This document shows, piece by piece, positions 58,680-64,000 of a stretch of 64,000 bases of DNA (position 1 is its first letter; every line of letters begins with the position of its first letter). Made by a program: the position numbers and the translations under genes. The notes beneath the pieces were generated by a model. The model was not told the origin of the DNA, made no database searches, and worked only from the letters and a program-made list of their open reading frames with translations. The DNA is taken from assembly GCA_963669175.1 (NCBI GenBank), contig OY769902.1, forward strand, positions 3,136,001 through 3,200,000, written 5' to 3'. Source of the stretch: a bacterium. Lineage in GTDB: Bacteria; Electryoneota; Electryoneia; Electryoneales; Electryoneaceae.

Positions 58680-59299
58680 GCACTCCGAAAACACAAGCAT
58701 TTGCCGACCTCACCGATGAAGATCTGATGGCGAGGGTTCAACAGAACGATGAATATGCGTTCGAGGAGCTGGTCAATCGTTACCAGCACCAGTTGACCAC
58801 GTTTATCGGAAACTTTGTCGGGCAGGGAGCGCATACCCAGGATATTCTGCAGGAAACTTTTATCCGTGTCTGGAAACACCGGATGCGGTATAAGACTGTT
58901 GCCAAGTTCTCTACATGGGTGTACACGATTGCAGGAAATTTGGCGAAAACAGAACTGAGACGTCAGAAAATCAGGCGTGCATTTCGCATTAATACCGGTG
59001 GTGAGGCCCAGGAAGAAGAGGGGATCGATGTTGAGGATCAGTTTGCCGATCCTGAGCAGGATGCCTTACGCAGCGAGATCGCGGAAGTGGTCCGTCGTGA
59101 AATGGGACGTTTGCCGAAGGTGTATCGTAGCGCTGTGATTTTGCGAGACATTCAGGACAAGAGTTACGAGGAAGTGGCGGAGATACTGCAAATTCCGGTA
59201 GGCACGGTTAAATCACGAGTTAACCGTGGCAGGAGCATTCTACAGAAGAAACTGGGTTCTCTTCGAGAGCCCGGACAGTCCGGTTGGGAACCTGACTGA
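58676..59299 (+). CDS. ECF RNA polymerase sigma factor
   Basis: AFEELVNRY, DILQETFIRVW, FSTWVYTIA, SYEEVAEIL..GTVKSRVNRGR. Confidence 0.95.
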   Translation: MSTPKTQAFADLTDEDLMARVQQNDEYAFEELVNRYQHQLTTFIGNFVGQGAHTQDILQETFIRVWKHRMRYKTVAKFSTWVYTIAGNLAKTELRRQKIRRAFRINTGGEAQEEEGIDVEDQFADPEQDALRSEIAEVVRREMGRLPKVYRSAVILRDIQDKSYEEVAEILQIPVGTVKSRVNRGRSILQKKLGSLREPGQSGWEPD

Positions 59300-59432
59300 G
59301 GCTCTTGCGTATACCCACTGTAATCAGCATCCAAACGTCACCAATATTTGGTACTTGACTATGGTGTCTACAGGGAGACCCGAGTCGAAGAAGAGGATGA
59401 GTATACGATAACTTTGTTCAGAGTGTAGAAAG

Positions 59433-59990
59433 ATGGATACTACCGATTTCGAACGGCTGTGGCCGAAGCGCGCACAGCTCAGTCCGGAGCAGGCTAAAAA
59501 GCTCGAAGATGCACAGAAGTCCGATACCTATTGCCGCGATTTTGCGAATGGTGGCGATCAGGTTCACTTGGTCCTTCGAAGATTTGAGGCGAAAGCTCCC
59601 ACTTCAGAATTGTCTTACCGCATGCGCGTTTACGCGCACAACAACCAAAAGGCTGGCATATCCCTTTTTGAAAGAGGTGGAGTGCGTTGGGCCAGTCTGG
59701 CGGTGGGATTATTCATGGGGGCCACGCTAATCACCTTCAGCCTGGATTCCCTGCCGGTTGGGCAGCAGGCGACACGCGCATCCCTGGTTAATGCGGATTC
59801 AATCTCACGAAACAGTGTGATTGTTGATGTGGATGAATCCATGAGCGTGGACAAAACAAGGTTGATTTCCCAAGTTGATTCTATTGGGCCGGCCACGGAC
59901 AGGGAGCAGAAAGTCACGAAGATCATTCCTGAATCTGCGATGAAAATGCAGATGGTAAGCGGAACTTCGGGGGTAGAGTTGATTCCCTGA
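59433..59990 (+). CDS. Single-TM hypothetical protein, probable anti-sigma factor
   Basis: Directly downstream of the ECF sigma; soluble N-terminus, one TM helix, short C-terminal region. Confidence 0.55.
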   Translation: MDTTDFERLWPKRAQLSPEQAKKLEDAQKSDTYCRDFANGGDQVHLVLRRFEAKAPTSELSYRMRVYAHNNQKAGISLFERGGVRWASLAVGLFMGATLITFSLDSLPVGQQATRASLVNADSISRNSVIVDVDESMSVDKTRLISQVDSIGPATDREQKVTKIIPESAMKMQMVSGTSGVELIP

Positions 59991-60088
59991 GGTTGCTCCA
60001 GGGATTGTGAAACAGCTTGAACTTACACGGATCGGGCCTTAACTTCCAAGGCTAGATCCGTTTTGTGTTTAACCAGTGGAGTAAGATC

Positions 60089-60280
60089 ATGGCAAAGGGT
60101 AAAACCTTTTCGGCCAAGTTGGCTAAGGGTAAGCAGAAGCGTCTGAACGAGGCCGGTGAAGAAGTCACCAGCGTCCGTGTACTGAAGCCGCAGGAAGTTC
60201 CGGGAAAACCCGGTGTTTTCCGTTACCGTGCGGTTATGGTCGATGTGACGGCGTCGAATGAGAAAGAAATCTTTGGCTAG
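60089..60280 (+). CDS. Small basic protein, DUF4295-like
   Basis: GGAG RBS; MAKGKTFSAK..VRVLKP..GVFRYR..MV pattern. Confidence 0.55.
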   Translation: MAKGKTFSAKLAKGKQKRLNEAGEEVTSVRVLKPQEVPGKPGVFRYRAVMVDVTASNEKEIFG

Positions 60281-61448
60281 GCCAAAACGCGCATTCTTGA
60301 TTGTCCTTGACGGCGTCGGGGTAGGTCGTGCTCCCGACGCCGATTTGTATGGGGATCAGGGCAGCGACACACTGGGCAACCTTGCCCGGTGGGCCGGTGG
60401 GCTGACTCTGCCGAATTTACAGCGTTTGGGACTTGGGAATCTGCATGATATCCCCGGTGTAAGCGCTGTGGATAATCCTTCCGCCTGCTACGGCAGGATG
60501 GAGGAACGTAGCGCGGGGAAAGATTCCATCGATGGCCACTGGGAAATGTGCGGGGTTATCACCGAAGTGGCGTTCCCGACTTTCCCGAATGCGTTCCCCC
60601 AGGAAGTTGTTGACCTGGTTGAAGAAGTCGCCGGCAAGCCGGTCCTTGGTAACGAGGTGGCATCGGGTACGGAAATCATGGCGCGTCTCGGGGAAGAACA
60701 CCTGAAGACGGGCCGTTTGATTCTCTATACCTCCGCTGATTCCGTGCTGCAACTGCTGGCCAGTGAAGATGTGGTGCCGCTTGAAGAGCAGTACCGGATC
60801 TGCCAGGAGATTCATAACCGCCTGGAGCCGCCATACCGAGTCGCTCGTGTGATCGCACGTCCTTTTGTCGGGCAGCCCGGCAACTTCCAGCGTACCGCCA
60901 ACCGTAAAGACTTCGCCGTAGAACCGCATGGTGTGACCATCGCTGATGCTCTGACAGAAGCCGGTATTCCGGTTCATGGCATTGGTAAAGTGGATACACT
61001 GTTTGCCGGACGCGGTTTCACCACAGCTACTCACACGAAAAACAACGCGGATGGTATCAACCGCATTCGTGAGCAACTGGCACAGCTTGATTCAGGCTTT
61101 GTCTTTGCCAACCTGCTGGATTTCGACCAGGCGTGGGGGCACCGGAATGATTGCCCCGGTTTCAAGGGTGGGCTTGAAGAGCTGGATCGTACTGTCCCGA
61201 CCTGGCTTGAGCAGGTGAAGCAGGGTGATTTGATCATGATGGTTGCGGATCACGGCAACGACCCGACGACTCCCAGCACAGATCATTCTCGTGAGCATGT
61301 GCCGCTCTTGGCCTGGCTTGGCGGAAACAGCGAAGGGGTGGATCTTGGTCTGCGTAATACCTTTGCGGATGTTGCTGCAACACTGGCAGACTACTTTGAC
61401 CTGAACTGGTCCGGCCCCGGACAGAGTTTCCTTTCTCAGCTTGGATAG
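60258..61448 (+). CDS. deoB: Phosphopentomutase
   Basis: IVLDGVGVG, GKD..GHWE, ASGTEI, YTSADSV, RVIARPF, NLLDFD..GHRND, ADHGNDP..TDHSREHVP. Confidence 0.95.
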   Translation: MRKKSLARPKRAFLIVLDGVGVGRAPDADLYGDQGSDTLGNLARWAGGLTLPNLQRLGLGNLHDIPGVSAVDNPSACYGRMEERSAGKDSIDGHWEMCGVITEVAFPTFPNAFPQEVVDLVEEVAGKPVLGNEVASGTEIMARLGEEHLKTGRLILYTSADSVLQLLASEDVVPLEEQYRICQEIHNRLEPPYRVARVIARPFVGQPGNFQRTANRKDFAVEPHGVTIADALTEAGIPVHGIGKVDTLFAGRGFTTATHTKNNADGINRIREQLAQLDSGFVFANLLDFDQAWGHRNDCPGFKGGLEELDRTVPTWLEQVKQGDLIMMVADHGNDPTTPSTDHSREHVPLLAWLGGNSEGVDLGLRNTFADVAATLADYFDLNWSGPGQSFLSQLG

Positions 61449-61484
61449 AAAGAATCCACGTTCACCAACCTGAAGAACAATCCC

Positions 61485-62075
61485 ATGGAAAAGCATCTTT
61501 TACTTGCTACGAGGAACGAAGATAAACGTCATGAATTATCTCGCGCCCTGGGTGAAGGTGTTCAGCTTCATCATCCCGGCGAATTCAGTGACGAAGAAGT
61601 AGAAGAAACGGAAGATTCCCTTTGGGGAAATGCGCTTCTTAAAGCACGCGATGGGTACAAGAGAAGCGGCTTGCCATCCCTTGCTGATGATACCGGTCTT
61701 GAGGTGGATGCCCTGGGTGGAGCGCCTGGAGTATACTCGTCTCGATATGCCGGTGAAGAAGCAACTTATGAGGACAATGTTAATAAATTACTTGAAGAGA
61801 TGAATGGGGTTTCGGATGACAAACGAGCCGCGCGTTTCCGCACTGTAATGGCCTATATCGACGAGAGCGGTGAGTACCGTTTTGACGGCGTCGTAGAGGG
61901 GATAATCCTCTCGGAAAAACGTGGACAGGGCGGCTTCGGCTACGACCCGGTTTTCCTGCCCGATGGGTTTGATATTACGCTGGCAGAAATGGAAACAGAC
62001 GCCAAGAACCAGATCAGTCACCGTGGCAGGGCGTTCAGAAGTTTCGTGCAGTGGTGGAAGGAACGTCAGGCGTAA
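61485..62075 (+). CDS. rdgB: Non-canonical purine NTP pyrophosphatase (RdgB/HAM1)
   Basis: LATRN..K, NALLKA, ADDTGL..PGVYSSR, GFGYDPVF, ISHR. Confidence 0.96.
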   Translation: MEKHLLLATRNEDKRHELSRALGEGVQLHHPGEFSDEEVEETEDSLWGNALLKARDGYKRSGLPSLADDTGLEVDALGGAPGVYSSRYAGEEATYEDNVNKLLEEMNGVSDDKRAARFRTVMAYIDESGEYRFDGVVEGIILSEKRGQGGFGYDPVFLPDGFDITLAEMETDAKNQISHRGRAFRSFVQWWKERQA

Positions 62076-62187
62076 ACATGGCGTGAAGGATTTTATCCTT
62101 CTCCTGTCATATTATCGCTGAGTTGAATAGTTTAAGATCGCAAACATGTTCAGCGAGGAAGTTCGGAACATAGTGAGGGATAGCAAC

Positions 62188-63351
62188 GTGAGTCAGAAGC
62201 TGATATACATGGATCATAGCGCGACCACACCGGTGGATGAGCGTGTCGCGAAAAAGGTGTACGACGCCATGCTTGAAGGATGGGGGAATCCGTCTAGCAG
62301 ATACGCAAAAGGGCAGGCGGCAAAGGAAGCGCGCGAAGAAGCTCGCACACATGTAGCCAAGCTGCTCCATGCTCCTGCCGAGTGTGTGTTCTTCACTTCT
62401 GGCGGTACGGAGGCCGACAACCTGGCCCTGATCGGTGTGATGCAGCAGGCGAAAAAGGACGGGCGCGGCAACCACCTGATCACCTCCTCGTTCGAACATA
62501 GCGCGATCCTGAAAGCTGCGGCATACCTGGAAGAGGAAGGATTCGAGGTTACGTATCTGCCGATATCAGCGGACGGTTTCGTCGAGCCTGATGAGTTGAA
62601 AAAGGCGATGCGGAAGGACACAGTCCTGGTCAGCGTCATGCATATCAATAATGAGATCGGTACTATCCAGCCAATTAAAGAGCTGGCGGCGGTTGCGCAT
62701 GAAAATGGCGCCTGGTTCCACACGGACGCTGTGCAGTCGTTTGGCAAGGAAGCAATTTATGTGAAGGAAATGGGACTTGACCTGGTCTCCGTTTCCAGCC
62801 ATAAGATATACGGCCCCAAAGGAGTGGGAGCGTTGTATTACAGTGAAGCTGTGAAGTTGCAACCCCGTGCACTTGGCGGTGGGCAGGAGAAGGGGATCCG
62901 GACCGGGACAGAAAACATGCCGGGAATCATTGGCTTCGGCGAAGCGGTACGCCTTTGCAGCGAACTGATTGCTACAGAACAAGTTGAAATTGCAAAACTT
63001 CGTGACAGACTCTGGGATAAGCTGCAAGATATTCTTGGAGATGGCGTCAGGCTGAATGGCAACCTTGAACATCGTCTTGGCGCGAATCTAAATGTTTCCT
63101 TCCCGGAAGTGGAAGGGGAATCACTGTTGTTGTCGTTGGATATGGATGGCATCGCTGTTTCGACCGGTTCTGCTTGCAGCTCAGGATCGACCAAGCCATC
63201 GCATGTATTGACTGCAATCAATCTTGACGCGCAGACCGCCCAGTCATCTCTCAGGTTGACCCTCGGCCGGTCAACCACAGAGGAAGATGTCGATTTTGTC
63301 GCAGAAAGGCTGGCGATGCATGTCAAGCGTTTCAGGGATATGGCGTTCTAA
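62188..63351 (+). CDS. Cysteine desulfurase (IscS/NifS type)
   Basis: YMDHSATT, GNPSS, TSGGTEADN, HTDAVQ, SSHKIYGPKG, STGSACSS. Confidence 0.95.
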   Translation: MSQKLIYMDHSATTPVDERVAKKVYDAMLEGWGNPSSRYAKGQAAKEAREEARTHVAKLLHAPAECVFFTSGGTEADNLALIGVMQQAKKDGRGNHLITSSFEHSAILKAAAYLEEEGFEVTYLPISADGFVEPDELKKAMRKDTVLVSVMHINNEIGTIQPIKELAAVAHENGAWFHTDAVQSFGKEAIYVKEMGLDLVSVSSHKIYGPKGVGALYYSEAVKLQPRALGGGQEKGIRTGTENMPGIIGFGEAVRLCSELIATEQVEIAKLRDRLWDKLQDILGDGVRLNGNLEHRLGANLNVSFPEVEGESLLLSLDMDGIAVSTGSACSSGSTKPSHVLTAINLDAQTAQSSLRLTLGRSTTEEDVDFVAERLAMHVKRFRDMAF

Positions 63352-64000
63352 ATGACGGATTACACCTGGGACAGGAAGCGCAAAGGTGTAAAAGTTGCGG
63401 TGCTGATGAGTGGCGGTGTGGACAGTTCTGTTGCCGCATCTCTGCTTCATCAAATGGGGTATAACCTGTTGGGAATTACCCTGCGGCTCTTTGATGAAAC
63501 CCTGGTTCCACCGGCAAAAGCGGCAAGCGCTGAGCAATCGATCAGAGATGCAAAAAGCGTTAGTGAAGGATTCGGTTTTCCGCATCAGGTGCTGGATTTA
63601 CGACAGCAATTCAGAGACTTGGTAGTTGAACCATACCAGGATACTTACCTGGCTGGGGCAACACCAAATCCTTGCGTTCATTGTAACCCCACAATCAAGT
63701 GGGGCATGATTCTGAACCGTGGTCTTGGTGTCAGTGTGGACCGGATTGCGACGGGACATTATGCTCGTATTATCCTGGGGAAAGGTGGTCCACGCCTGGA
63801 GAAGGCGAAGGATCTTTCCAAAGATCAAAGTTATGTCCTGTGGGGATTGAATCGTTCATGGCTGATGCGGACCTTGTTGCCGTTGGGAAAGTGGACGAAA
63901 GCTGAAATACGTAACGAGGCTTCCCGTTTGGGATTGGACGTGGCGGACAAGCCGGAGAGCCAAGAGGCTTGTTTTATCGACGGGCATTACGTATCTCACC
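63352..64000 (+). CDS. mnmA: tRNA 2-thiouridylase MnmA (runs off the window end)
   Basis: ATG right after the desulfurase stop; MSGGVDSSVAA, TPNPCVHCN, IATGHYA, KDQSYVL, KPESQEACF. Confidence 0.95.
   Translation, partial: MTDYTWDRKRKGVKVAVLMSGGVDSSVAASLLHQMGYNLLGITLRLFDETLVPPAKAASAEQSIRDAKSVSEGFGFPHQVLDLRQQFRDLVVEPYQDTYLAGATPNPCVHCNPTIKWGMILNRGLGVSVDRIATGHYARIILGKGGPRLEKAKDLSKDQSYVLWGLNRSWLMRTLLPLGKWTKAEIRNEASRLGLDVADKPESQEACFIDGHYVSH

Noticed and set aside
1-64000. tRNA, rRNA, autonomous IS or defence system
   Set aside because: No recognisable signature by eye; small structured RNAs could have been missed without covariance searches

Overview
Bacterial chromosomal window, roughly 50% GC by eye. 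It probably comes from a non-Bacteroidota FCB-type lineage: two proteins end in a T9SS/FlgD-like YPNPFNP sorting domain, and sigma28-like promoters, CheD and PilZ point to a motile cell. Housekeeping and catabolic genes include a PEP-synthase-like protein, pruA and proline dehydrogenase, mazG, add, a nucleoside phosphorylase, deoB, rdgB, holA, an ECF sigma, a cysteine desulfurase and mnmA. There is also an MMPL/LolA-like/outer-membrane export operon, a three-GT2 envelope operon and two ~1700 aa paralogous gingipain-like (C25) proteins. I found no tRNA, rRNA, CRISPR array, integrase or transposase. Most of the unusual signal is non-coding: (1) a 333 bp four-box MITE disrupting a methyltransferase, with a second copy at 57 kb; (2) a 396 bp element with Tn5-mosaic-end-like termini inserted into a REP palindrome and itself carrying a REP doublet; (3) a TA-flanked IS630/Correia-like MITE family with 28 bp minimal derivatives; (4) REP palindromes translated in frame inside a DUF5131 gene; (5) two spare copies of gene 3' ends differing only synonymously. 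At protein level, both C25 paralogues have Arg at the predicted catalytic His position and ELDE motifs at two domain junctions. All family assignments come from motif recognition by eye; no database searches were run.
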